This document shows, piece after piece, positions 1 through 12,000 of a stretch of 35,486 bases of DNA. This DNA is from Atractiella rhizophila (taxonomy: Eukaryota). The stretch is taken from positions 1-35,486 of the forward strand of contig MU271650.1 of NCBI GenBank assembly GCA_021432655.1. The letters run 5' to 3'. A program made the translations under genes and the position numbers. How positions within the stretch are numbered: the first letter of the stretch is position 1; each line of letters starts with the position of its first letter. The notes under the pieces were generated by a model, which was not told the origin of the DNA, ran no database searches, and saw nothing but the letters and a program-made list of their open reading frames with translations.

Positions 1-616
1 TGGAGGGAGGTGGGAGCTGAGGGAGACCAGATCTTGATGAGAGTATCCCAGGAGGAGGAGGCAAAGATTTCCTTTCGAATGTTGTTCCAATCGACCGAAA
101 ATACCTCACGCGTGTGTTCCACCCATGATTGCAGCGGGAAATCCTGTTCAGCGTTCACTGGTGAGTATTACCCTTAGAGCTGAAGGAAGAGGTGGACTCA
201 CTTTGAGCATCACATCCCACAGCTTCACGCTCCCATCCCCGCCTCCCGTTGCGATTTGATTCTCGTGCAGCTCGGACCAAGCGAGATCAAAGATGCCATC
301 CTGAGTATCGAATGTCTACCACACCGATCATCAATCATCAATCGAGGTACGAGGTGGCAGAATGATTCCCACACTTTTCCAACCCCTCCCCTCCCACTCT
401 GAAGGTCCACATCTATCACGTGCAGCCGCCCATTGCCTACCAGTCCAAAGTTGGAGGAGGACGCGCAGGCGAGTTTGCCAGGGAAGAAGGGACTGGATAG
501 TTATCGTTATGGTCAGAATGGTTCATTGATAAAAGGTAAAAAATGACGCACTTGTACGATACGGAATATCCTGCGAAGCCAGGCGTAGGTATACGCAAAA
601 CTGGAGGAGCTGCCAT
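1..616 (-). CDS. PEX7: Peroxin-7, PTS2 receptor (WD40); runs off the window start
   Basis: Spliced minus-strand exons from the ATG at 616 give MAAPPVLRIPTPGFAGYSVSYNPFFPGKLACASSSNFGLVGNGRLHVI..FDTQDGIFDLAWSELHENQIATGGGDGSVKLWD..HTREVFSVDWNNIRKEIFASSSWD. This contains the Pex7 N-terminal signature (PFFxxxLA..NFGLVGNGRL) and WD repeats. Confidence 0.93.
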
Positions 617-736
617 CGTCGTTTTGTTTTGATCGGTTAACACTCCGGCTACTTCCTGTCGGAATTCGCCGCTCCACCTTTCACTAAGCCGACTGAGCTA
701 AGAACTATAATAGAACTACGAAAGGGAGAAGCAGCC

Positions 737-3711
737 ATGGAGTTCCTCGCGTCACCCACGCCTCCGTCACTCGCACTCGTCCCAGTGTCTCAGTCGCTCT
801 CAGAGCAGCACGCCACCGCCCTCCTCGGCGCTCCTTCCCTACGAGAAATCACGCCAGACCAAATCAAGACATTCCCTCGACTGCCCAGGAGCAGGACAGC
901 ATATTGCTATGCCACCAGGATGAAACTTCACAGGACTTTGGTCGAGAGCGAACACTGCGAGAAGCCGGAGAGGTTGGAGGCTATTTGGGACGCCATCAGT
1001 GGTTCGTATTCATATTGGTTCCATGTGGGAAGATGTTTGGTTGACTGTGCGCCAACTATGCTGTTGTGCTGTGTAGGACAAGGATTAGTGAGGCGTATGA
1101 ATCGGATACAAGTTCGCGAAGCAATAGAACAAGAGGTGAAGCTCGTGCACTCCGAGCTGCACTGGAACAACGTGATAAACATGGCCAGTCCGTCTTTCCC
1201 CAAAGCTTTCTGGATTTCTCCTGATGAAATGCGACAGCGTACAGCTACGAACAAATAATCGAAAACCGCGAATTCTTCGAGCGTCTCTCCCTCTATGTCC
1301 ATCCACAAACCGCGCTCTGCGCGCGTCTCTCTCTCGGCGGCGCCTTGGAATGCGCGAGGGCGTTAGCGGAGGAGCGGTACATGAACGCGTTTGCCATCAT
1401 CAGGTGAGCTCCCCCCCTCTCCACTCGTATCATCCATTCGTCAGTTCTTGGTTGATTTTGATAGACCGCCAGGACATCATGCTGAACCCGAGGACGCCAT
1501 GGGCTTCTGTTTCTTTAATAACGTCGCCGTGGTCGCCAAATACGTCCAGCTGTTGTATGGAGAGTCGAAAGGGATCAAGAAGGTCCTTATCCTTGATTGG
1601 TGAGCTCTTGCTTTGACTTTCTACAACCTTTAGCTTCAAGCTAATGACTGTTGTGAAAGGGATGTACATCATGGTGAATTCATAATTATTTCGTTGGACT
1701 GAAGGAGAAAATTGACGATAAGTGGGAGAGGATAGGAAACGGGACCCAAAAGGCATTCTACGACGACCCCAGCATCCTCTACATCTCTCTCCATCGACAC
1801 GAAGGTGGCACCTTCTACCCAAATGGCCCAGCAGGCAACGCAGACAAGTGCGGAGAGGGTGAAGGCATTGGGATGTACGTCCTTTCATCCTTCCCTTCAT
1901 GGATGGTTGATAATTTGCGGTTGTGGGAGGGCAGGAACGTAAATATCCCTTGGGGTCAAACGGAGACCGCATATTGGTACCCGAGAGGAGACGCCGATTA
2001 CATCTACGCTTTCCAACAAGTCGTGATGCCAATCGCTTACGAGTTCAATCCAGACTTTGTCATTAGTTAGTCTTCCTTATCTCTTCCCTCCCCTATCTTG
2101 TCATTGAAATCGATTCGTGGATCAGTATCCGCAGGGTACGACGCAGCAGATGGCGATCCCCTCGGCCAATGCAGCATCACTCCCGCTGGCTACGCCCACC
2201 TTACACACATGATGTGCGCGCTCGCTGGAGGCAAACTCCTCATGTGTTTGGAAGGCGGATACTCTCTTGAAGCGTTAGCAGCGAGCGTGCCGGAGTGCAT
2301 CAAGGTCTTGCTCGGCGACCTACCGCCCCGGATGGGGGCACAGAAGGTGCTGACGAAGACGGTGGAGGATGTGGAGGCGGTGAAGAGGGTCCAGGCGAAG
2401 TGGTGGAGCAATCTGACTGGTGGAATGGAGAGAAGGGAGGATGTGGAGATGGGAGATGGTGTTGAGATGCCGTTGATGACTACGGACGTCACTTGTATGT
2501 CGTTTTCTTGTTCCATGGGAGATGAGAACTGATTGGATGCCAGCTGCACTCATTGCTTGGCGCACACATGAGTTGTGGAAGGAATACGATATGATAGATG
2601 TACCTTTGAATGACGAAAAGCTCGATAATGCTTTCAAACACCAAGTTCTGTGCACGTGAGTCTTCTTCATTCCCCCCATGTCAAACACCTGCTAACGAAT
2701 CCGTTCTAAGGGAGGATGTCTATTCTGCAGACACCCTCGTACTATTTATGCACGATATGTGATCATTTCTCCTCTCCCTTGATGGCGTTACTGATCAATC
2801 TTTTAGGGGTAACCTGCGTGCAGAAGTGAATCAAATATCGCTAGAAACAGATGTCGAAAAATCGTACATCGTTGGTTCCCCTCTCAATCTCCTAAATGCA
2901 ACCTCATTCCCCACTCACTACTAGATCGACCCCAGCAAAGCGGTTCTTAAATGGGCAAAACGCCGAAATTACGGCCTCATAGATGTGAACGTCGTTGCGC
3001 GCACCAATAGTTTGAAGGAAAGCACTGTGTTGCCACGGAACGAGGAGAAAAAGATGGAGATCAAGCTCGCAAAATACATCTGGAAACAATTCGTTGGGTG
3101 CGTTTGGCCTCGTAATTTTGGGGGGGCAGAGCATTGAAGATGAAATTTAGGCTTGCGAGAGCGACAAAGCTTGTGTTGATTGGGCACGGGACGGGAGGGA
3201 ATGCGCTGATGAATATCCTGAATACTGAGCGTGCGTGGTTTAACGTTACCTCCTTTCCAGATGTCGGACGCTGATGACGTTTGATTGCAGCACGAAGGAA
3301 TAAGGTCAAAGCTTGTGTTTTCGTCCTAGGTTTCGAACCACCACCCACACTGGACCCGTACAGCCCAGAGAAAGAATGGTACAAGAATAATTCGCTCGTC
3401 ATTCTTCCGCGGGGGCACGATCTGTTAGGTGAGCGATACTTGGCTGGGAAGTTGCATCGAAAATATGGAAACGTCAAGGCGTCCGGTACGTTTAGCCCTT
3501 TATCGTTTCTTTCGCGGCGCGACATTGAATGGCGACTGAAATAGATGAAGAGCGGCCAATTCGAATACTATATCTGCATTGGGAGGAGATCCAGGAGTTC
3601 ATCAAGAGCAGGCTATTCCCGCCAACACCCCCGCCAGACGAAAACACAAATGGGTTCTCTGTGACTGTACCACCTCCGATCTTGGGAACCAGAGTTAATG
3701 TTGCTGCTTGA
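737..3711 (+). CDS. HDA1: Class II histone deacetylase (Hda1/Clr3 type) with C-terminal Arb2-like domain, multi-exon
   Basis: Spliced motifs [59 protein letters not shown] and LEGGY. The C-terminal Arb2-like region reads [32 protein letters not shown]. Stop at 3709-3711. Confidence 0.95.
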
Positions 3712-3815
3712 GTTTGCTATTTCGTGTTGTTCTCTGTTATTTTATTCCTCCTTTCTGTATACAATACCCTGAATAAGTTTGAATCATACAACATGCTTGT
3801 CACAAGAATGATACA

Positions 3816-4295
3816 TCAAGCAGCCTTCTTCGCAGATTGTTGAGCTTGTTTCTCCATCTCAGCTTCCAGGGCAGCCGCTTCTGCTTCAGTTATCCCTTCA
3901 AGATCAGCGTCTCCAGATCCAGCTTTTGCTTTCAAGAACTGATCCAATTCGCCAAACTCCACACTGCAATCACCTTTCAGCACGATCGTAAAGCGTCCAG
4001 AGAAAGAAACACGGACGCTTCTTCAAGCTCCTGGCAACTCTGTTCGCGAAATCAGTCTTGAACTCAATCACGGTCATGCATAGCATACCCCGACTCGTTT
4101 CCCGTCCACACACACACAAGGGAGCTCATTTGAATTCTCATTCCTCTTCTTCCACATCAACTTGATGCTCTCATCACTCGCGACGTCTAGGTATTCTACG
4201 TTGGGGATTCGAGAGAGGGACCGCTGGACCATCTCGTGCTGAGCCCGGATCTTTGTGTTGGAGAGGATAGACGTCACGTATACTTCGATTTTCAT
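3816..4295 (-). CDS. SH3BGR/glutaredoxin-like (thioredoxin fold) small protein
   Basis: MKIEVYVTSILSNTKIRAQHE..YLDVASDESIKLMWKKR..ELPCVCVDGKRVG, followed by two introns and an acidic/helical tail ending QQSAKKAA*. The pattern matches fungal SH3BGR-like proteins, which lack CxxC. Confidence 0.75.
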
Positions 4296-4846
4296 GGTCA
4301 CAGTGAAATGTAGAACGTCCGCAGAGGATGCTTGCTGTTCGCTGACCAAGAGGCTCGCTAGTGCTCTGTAGCTTGTCAAGTTTGTCCACGTTTGTCAAGT
4401 GTCACATCAAAATAAGGTTTGAGATTAACCCTTTGTCCTTCTTGGCTGGTCTTTTGCTTCCTTTGACTTCCTTCAAATGACTCCAAAACCCAGCTGCTGG
4501 TACAGTAAGAAGAACTGAAGGATACGGTTAAGGAATCATCTGTATCAATTATCAATCGACAGGTCCCTGCGTGAAGGAGTTCCCTCCCTTCTACTCCTTC
4601 TTTACGTTCTTTGCTTGTGGTCTGTGAAACATGCACTTTGCACAACCATTGTTGGTTGCAAGCAGGCAAGTCAAGTCAAAGCTTGTTTCAGCCAGTAATC
4701 GGAAATAGTCAAAGATTCCCTTCCGTGTCTAGTCAAGCTTGTCAGACCTTGTCAAATCCACGATATAAAAGCCGTTAATCCAACTCAGTCCCCACACAGG
4801 TTCCTCACCAGAATTCTTCACAAAAAAACTCTAAGAGAAAAGCATC

Positions 4847-6448
4847 ATGCGTCCTGCGGCCAGTCAAGCGGAAACCAAAATAATCAAAGGCATCAACGCT
4901 GAGCTTAAGAAGGAAGCGACCCTTTCTTTCCTATGTGGCAACTATCAGCCTGCAGATCTGGGAATGGAGCATGCCTCCATTTTCTATAGGGAAGCACCTG
5001 AAGGAAACGCCGCAAAGTTGGTCTATTTCTCTACATGTCCCCCAGCAGCCTCATAAAGCCACTGCGAACAGAGTTTTGACCCTTCCAGCGTACGGAGAAG
5101 AAGCACTCGCTGCCTTCCATAACTCTGCGACCGTTTCTCCTCATGGTCAAGGGAATAAAACGATTTATGACGATTCGGTGCGAGTTGCAAAGGAGTTTAA
5201 AATACCGAATTTCGCTCTAAACTTCGATCCTCTTCACGAGAAGACGGGAATCCTGCAAGCCATCAACGATTTCTTGGTCCCTCCTGGAGAGGACGAGGAA
5301 GATGAACGAAAGATTTATGCTGAACTCTATAAAATAAATAGTTATTCGATTGGTTCGTATGATCCCCCATCTCAAAACGTCGCTTCATTGTTGAAGCAGG
5401 CGGTTTCTTCAAACCTCATCGCGACACCCCAAAAAGCGATCAGCATCTCGGGACGATAGTTGTTTGTCTACCATCGACTTTCAAAGGTGGAGAATTTCTC
5501 ATCGGAGAAGACAACGAAATCCAGACCTTGAAATGGGACGAGGACTGTTCCGCAGGGAAGCACTGTTGGGTCTTCCTTTACAGCGATGTCCAGCACGAAG
5601 TCAAACCTGTCACTTCTGGCTACCGCATCACCATCGCCTATGACGTCTTCATCGGTTCTTCGACGAAGGAAAACTCCCCAAGGAACGTCGATATTTCCGC
5701 GGTACCACTTTACGCTGCTCTCAAGAACGCTTTGAGGGACGAATCCTTCTTCAAGGAGGGAGGAAAATTGTCATGGGCTATGCATTACGGGTGAGCTAAC
5801 ATGTCATCTATGAAAGAAAGGAAAAATAACTGAGATGAATATAGATATCCTGTCGACCGCGATGCTCACGGTTCTGACCTTTCTGGTCGCCTTAAAGGAC
5901 GCGATCGATTATTATACAACGTCCTCTCATTTCTCAACCTGAAATTCAAAATTCAAGCGGTTTACGAAACAGACGACGACGATTACGATAACTCAAGTGA
6001 CAAAGACTTAGAACCCTTGGATAAGTTTTGGCCCGATACACGACGTGGTAGCTTGCTCATAGGAGGCAACTTCCTTGCTGGAGAGGACGATTATGTTGAA
6101 GATGGACCAACACAGTCCTTGAGAGATGCAGGAATGAGATTCGACCCCGACATTGTTTGGTGTGCGTCATTTCATCCCAGTTCCGATCATGTCTTGGGTT
6201 AATGGATATATTGTGTTAGGTCAAAAGCCAAGGCACTTCGTTCGGGTAATTTTTTTCAATGTTCACGAATCTGTAGACTGATTCACCCTAGGGCGGCACT
6301 TACATTTCCTATGGCAACGAAGCCAGTATTTCTCACCATTAGTTCGTGAAATCCTTCAAAGTCAATGAGATCTGATAGTATCAACAGTGTCGCCGCTTGT
6401 ATCGTGGTCGACATCCCGCGTTTTGGAGATGAGGCGCGAAAGTTCTGA
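4847..6448 (+). CDS. 2-oxoglutarate/Fe(II)-dependent dioxygenase (fungal P4H-like family)
   Basis: Spliced AELYKINSY..GGFFKPHRDTP (HxD), GTIVVCLPSTFKGGE, FLYSDVQHEVKPVTSGYRITIAY (distal H and R), and C-terminal YGNEAS..YVAACIVVDIP. Stop TGA at 6446-6448. Confidence 0.88.
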
Positions 6449-6467
6449 CTTTCCCAGCGTGCAATCT

Positions 6468-6700
6468 AGCAAAAAGAGTCGACGACAATCGATTATCTTC
6501 TACACGTCCTTCAGCATGATTCTGTTAAAAATGAAAAGATTTCTGAGCAATTGGAAGACAATGGAGAAGTGGTACAAAAGTTTCCAACTTGTCAGCCTGC
6601 AATGCAATGTGGCAAAAGAATCGTCGATTATCTCCTTCACAGCAGTACGTCTAGTCAAAAATGAAAAGATCTCTGAACAATTTGCGAGATAATGATATAT
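6468..6700. repeat. Degenerate direct repeat, two copies about 130-140 bp apart, intergenic
   Basis: AAAAATGAAAAGATTTCTGAGCAATT (6527) vs AAAAATGAAAAGATCTCTGAACAATT (6657); TCGATTATCT at 6489 and 6624; GCAAAA(A)GA at the start of both copies. Confidence 0.75.
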
Positions 6701-6918
6701 ATGGCAAATGGCAAACCCAAGAGATCGAAAACGACGTATCGTATGGCATTTAAAATGGAGTGATGTCCGAGTACGAAATGCCCGTCGATTCATTTTGTAA
6801 AGAGATATTCGCCTCAATCACAAATTTAAAATATGAGGGATCTTTATTCTAACCACTATGCGTGTTATGTTATTCGATCTACAACAAGCAGTGTGCTCTA
6901 ATTCAGCCAAATTAAAGT

Positions 6919-8811
6919 TCATCGCTCTTTGCGATGTTCCTAAATCCCCAGTTAGCCAGCCTTGCTTGACCTCACATTCAATGACAAGAAACATACAGGA
7001 GCATGGGACACCTCATGGTCGACGTGCACAAAGGCTCGGGCCACGTTAGGAAGCGTTTCGAGTGCGTCTTGGAGTTCTTGGGAGACCTTCAGAGCCGAAT
7101 GTCAGGATGTCAGATTGATGTCTCAAGGGGAAGTAAGGGAAAGTGGAGGAGTGCACGAACGTCATGAGCTTTGATCAACGGCGTGTCCGGTTTCATCACA
7201 ATGTCCACTTCGACGTAGAGTTCCGGTCCGGAATAATAAGCTTTGCAAGAATCGATAGCCTCTATCTCATCGCTGAAGGTCATTGCTTTGTAAACTGTCC
7301 TCGTCCAAACCATGATCATCAGCGCCTGCACTATGTGACACGGGAAGAAATGAACGCACCGACGAATCGCAAGTATTCAGGTTCAGCCGTCTTACCGATC
7401 AAGAGTTGAAATTCTCCGTAACCAGTAATCAACCAGGATATGATGACACCGACAGCAATGATCATTGCGCCCATAGGGTCAATCCACCACCTAAGCTTTG
7501 CGCCTCCAGCATTGGTGAGGATACCAAAGCTATTGACGGGTAAGTCGTTTCTAATGAATCAAGAGGCCATGAGCGCACGATTACTATGATGGAGAGAGGC
7601 TAAGGATGGAGACGGTTACTCACCTATGGTCTTCCCACAAGATTTGGACCTGCGAGCTATTCTTTTTCATAGTCCAGCAGAGGCAAAACAAGGAGAACTT
7701 CGTCGCGAGGGCGATGGCGACGGCGACGAGGGATGGAATATGGAGCTTTGTCGTCTCACCCTCTCCGTTGCCTTCGACCAAAGTGCGGATGGACTCGACG
7801 ATGAGGATGACGTTCACGAGAATCATGAGGAAACTATCGTCCCCAACGGTGGCGGTGAGCATCTGAGAAGAGACGGAATGAGGGAGGGATCACCTGTAGC
7901 AAACTGGACAAATGTGGGTTATTGACTGTTGCGAAATAGAAGAAAGACAAACTGTTCGCTACCGTTTCTAAACGGGATCCTCCCTAATATTCTATATTAG
8001 TGGAATAAATTAGATGGACCAACGGGAACTAACAGCAGGCCACTTGTCTGGAGAGAGCCTCTTGGCCCGTCTGTGGACATAGGCTACGGAGCGTTATAAG
8101 GTGTATTCAGGATAACAGTGGGAAGAAGAAACGTACCAAGCATGAAGCTGGCGACTATCGCACTCTCAGACGGTCTTCTTTCGAAGTAAGCACAGACTTA
8201 CAAGGATCGAATACTATCCGAAGCTCCTCAGCGAATAGGTTCTTCCGTTGGATGGAAGCGAAAATACGTACCGCTATCTGCAGCCGTCGCAAAAAAACTG
8301 AGAGACAGAGAGGTGGTTGCAGCGTATAGCTGCAATCCTGCGAGTATGAGATTGGCGGCAAGCGAACCCCAGACGCAGAGCTTGACTTTAAGGCGTGCAG
8401 CATCTGCAGCATCGTTGGCATCCGCTGCGATTTCCGACATGGGCTAGGTATTAGGACATGATGAACTAGGTGATTTTGTGCTAGGAAAGGGTAAACACCT
8501 TCAACAGCTCGTTGATATGTCTATTTTGGTCTTCGTAGAAGGTGCGGATTTCTCGGTACTTCCTTCGATCCATGATGTTGGACAGGGATACTCTGGGATC
8601 CCTTTCATACCCTTGCCGCCAGTTGACGAGGTAGAAAGACGCACTGTTTGCTGGCCTTCTCTATCGCTTCCGCTTCGACCATTCGAGCTCGCAAGCCCAA
8701 GGGATCATGGTTGAGCTCCACGGCGCTGGAATGGGAGGTCTTCCCATGTTCAATGTCAGGCATGATGCCAAGAGGGGTCTCTTGGAGGGCTACCGTTGTG
8801 GTTATCGACAT
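6919..8811 (-). CDS. Cation diffusion facilitator (CDF) transporter, Mn-CDF/MTP8-11-like, many small exons
   Basis: Spliced SLSFFATAADSVFDP (TM2 DxxxD), KWPAGGSRLET, LWEDHRND (TM5 DxxxD), WWIDPMGA, and cytosolic domain AYYSGPELYVEVDIVM..LPNVARAFVHVDHE..EHRKER*. DxxxD at both sites is typical of Mn-type CDFs. Confidence 0.92.
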
Positions 8812-9080
8812 TTCTGAATGGAGCTCAAAATCAAGACTTCAAGCGGATGGGATGCTGAAGCTAGTCCTTCGGCAGGAAACCGGCCGAGCCAGCAACTCTG
8901 TAGTTCTTAGTGTCTAAGCCGTAGTCGGCTGTCGACTCCACTTTATTGCTGACTTTCTTTATCATTGAATTTCACGACATTTTTGTCATCAGAATCGTTG
9001 ATGCTGGCTAAAGAGTAGTTGGGTTGCTTGGAGGCTACGAATACACGTAAAACTGAACAGCGGAAAACACACTCCAAGCG

Positions 9081-12000
9081 ATGCATTATCTTGCTCACAC
9101 ACAATCATGCAGCTCTGTTGAGCAAGCGATCAAATGTGACTTCCGGGAACCTGGGGTGGATATATTGGTCCTAGGGTACGCTAGTTGCTTCCATGATTGC
9201 AAAGGTATAGAAAGGAGCGCAGAAAGGAGACAGCACTGGAGTTTCACGCGCTGGAACCGACCGGGTTGAAGCTCTTGCACAAGGAGACGATATACGGTCA
9301 AATCCTTGACTTGAAAGCATGGAAGCAGCCTGTAAGCCTCCTTTCTGCTTATGCTTTTTGGCGCGAAAAGGATTAATGTACCATTGCTAACTGTAATAAG
9401 GGAGCGGATACTTCAGTCATCGCTGTTCTGACGGCCTTTCCGCACCTCTTCGTTCTTTCCACCGGCGGCACCTCTTCCTTCCTTCGCACTGTATCATCTG
9501 TTTCTCTCGTCGAGCGCTCCGGCCGTCTGTCGGACGAAATTCCATGTCTTTCCGTCGATACTTCGTCGCGCTGTCTCCTAGCACACGTTTATGCAGGACT
9601 AGTGAGAGTCTTCCCGCTTGGGAAGGAAGTGAAAAAGAAGGGACGGAGGAGCAGTACGATGAGGAAAGAGAAGGAGATGGGAGACGAGAAGTTTGTGCTG
9701 GAGGAAGAGGTTGATCTGGAGAGGGGATACAATGTAGTGTGAGTTCGTTTCCCAAAAGCACGTAAAGTGCCGACTAATGAGGGCTAACACAGGCTTCCGG
9801 ACCTCAATGTTTTCGCCATCTCTCTTCTTGCCCTTCCTTCCTCCTATCCACCAACCATCGGCTTAATCCAACAGGACTACACCGGTCAGCGAGTTTTCAA
9901 GACTTACGCCCTCGACCTGAGCAATAAAGAGTTTTTTGCCGATGATCAGCTGTTGACGAGGAAATCTGTGCGGCTTGAGGATTATGGTAGTAACACGATT
10001 ATTTCGGTGAAATCGTCCGCTTCCGTAGAAGACATGGAAGAAAAAGAAGAAGGAGTTGTGATTGTAGGAGAAACCATGGCCGTTTGGATCAGCCTCTTGG
10101 TGCCGGAAGGAGAAAGGAAATCGGAGGTTACGAGCACAAAAAGAAAGAGGAGGGATACGTTTGAGCGCACGATTGGGACTAAGCTCCCTGTTAGCGTCAT
10201 CACTGCGTATGTTTTATCACGTCAGCACTATTAAAGGACGTTCTCATGAAGTAAGCAGGAATTGCCAAGTTGAGGGAAACTCGAACCAGTTCGTCTTAGG
10301 CGACCTGTACGGAACCTTCTACACACTCAACATTGAAAAATCGACCGACAATCGTGAAAAGGTGCTCTCACTGGAGATCGAGAACCTAGGACTCGTGTGT
10401 TTTTTATTCCTTTTCAACGAGGAATAATCGCCTGAGGAGTGATGCGCAGACGTCCTCTGCAAAATGCATCGTCTACTTGGCAAATAACTACCTCTTCGTC
10501 GGCTCCCATTTTTCCGATTCCCAACTCGTACGGCTACCCGTTAAACCCTCAGCCATAGACGCAATGGACGTTGACGATGGCAGCGGATCTGGCCCGGTTG
10601 CGGTTGGGAATAAAGGAAAGGGCAAAGCGTCTGATAAACTGGAGGTTATTGCCAATTTCACAAACTTGGGACCAATCTATGACTTCCGAGTGGTGGACGT
10701 GGAAGGAGTGGGACATGTATGTCTCTCTAGTCTGGTTCTGCCTTTCTTCGAATTGAAGAAGGGAAACAGAGTCATGTGGTGACGTGCTCAGGTGGATTTG
10801 GACAAGGATCGCTGAGGATTGTCCGTCAAGGAGTGGGACTCAATGAGCTCGCTTCATTTGATTTCGAGAGTGTCCAAAAGTGTTGGAGCTTCCGATCAAA
10901 CAAAGCGTGCGTCCTATCTTTGTACATGCGTTCAGCTGAATACTTGGAATGCAGAGGAAAAGCCGATCACCTACTTCTCTCTAGTACTCATGACAGCCGT
11001 ATCCTAGCTTTTGAGTCCTCAGAGGGCGAGGAAGCCGAAGAAGGTAGCGTCGAAGAGCTTGAAAGCTTTGCGAACTTCAAATTTGATGCGCCTACACTAT
11101 CCGTCCTTCAGCTCGATTCTGGAACGGTTGTGCAAGTGCTGAGAGAGGAAATTGTGTTCGGTTGGCAGGGCAGAGTAGACGGTGTGAAAGGCTTTCGAGA
11201 TGGATCGAACTGGAAACATCCTGATGGGAAGAAAATCACTGTGGCTGCTGCAGAAGGAGATTATTTGGCGCTTGGATTTGAAGGCGGAGAGATTGCGCTG
11301 TTGCGAGGAACTGATCCTGATCAATCGAAAGACTTGGAGCTTATCAAGTGAGCAGAAACATTCTTTGGCATCGCAAAGCTAACTTTTGAGAAGGTCAATG
11401 GACATGTCGAATGAATTGGCTTGCTTGGCTTTATCGACGATCCATGGAAAGACAGTTCTCGCCGCCGGATTGTGGAACGTTCACTCCGTCTGCCTGCTCT
11501 CACTCCCTGACCTTTCACTATTGCATGAACAAGCCATCGAGACGAGCTTTCCACTTCGCTCAGTGGAACTGTCCACTTTCGAGGATTCCTCGTACCTTTT
11601 GGTCGGCACCGGAGAAGGGACATTAATTCATTATCAATTTGATGAGAACAATACCCCAATTGCCAATACCAAGAAGCAAATTCGACTCGGAACCCAGGCT
11701 ATTACTTTTACTAGTTTCGAAAGCCACGAAGGTTCAGCTGTCTTCGTCACCTGCGACCAGCCAGCCATCATATCGCGCGGAGTCGATCGCTTCAACTACA
11801 CGGTGGTTGGAATGAAAGTACGTCTCGCCGTTTATATCTATTGAGTGAAATATTCATGAATCAATGTTTAGAATGTGGTTTCGGTCGCCACGTTTGATAA
11901 CGTTAACTATCCGTCTTGTCTTGCCTTTGTTACGAGCGACGGTGTGAGAATAGGAAAGTTCGACCAGTTGGAGAAACTACATGTTCGAACAGTCTCATTG

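Noticed and set aside
1430..2032. 200-aa antisense ORF, and similar ones such as 18660-19241 and 20011-20586
   Set aside because: They lie opposite well-supported coding exons and have no recognisable motifs; shadow ORFs.
4938..4989. Possible GC-AG intron in the dioxygenase gene (GCAACT...TAG)
   Set aside because: A canonical GT-AG intron (about 5017-5071) gives an equally open and more family-like frame.
6468..6700. Repeat-spacer-repeat pattern as a CRISPR-like array
   Set aside because: Only two degenerate copies, similarity extends into the 'spacer', eukaryotic context and no cas genes.
4847..8811. Dioxygenase plus transporter (and distant SDR and transcription factor) as a secondary-metabolite cluster
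   Set aside because: No backbone synthase is present and the genes are interspersed with housekeeping genes.
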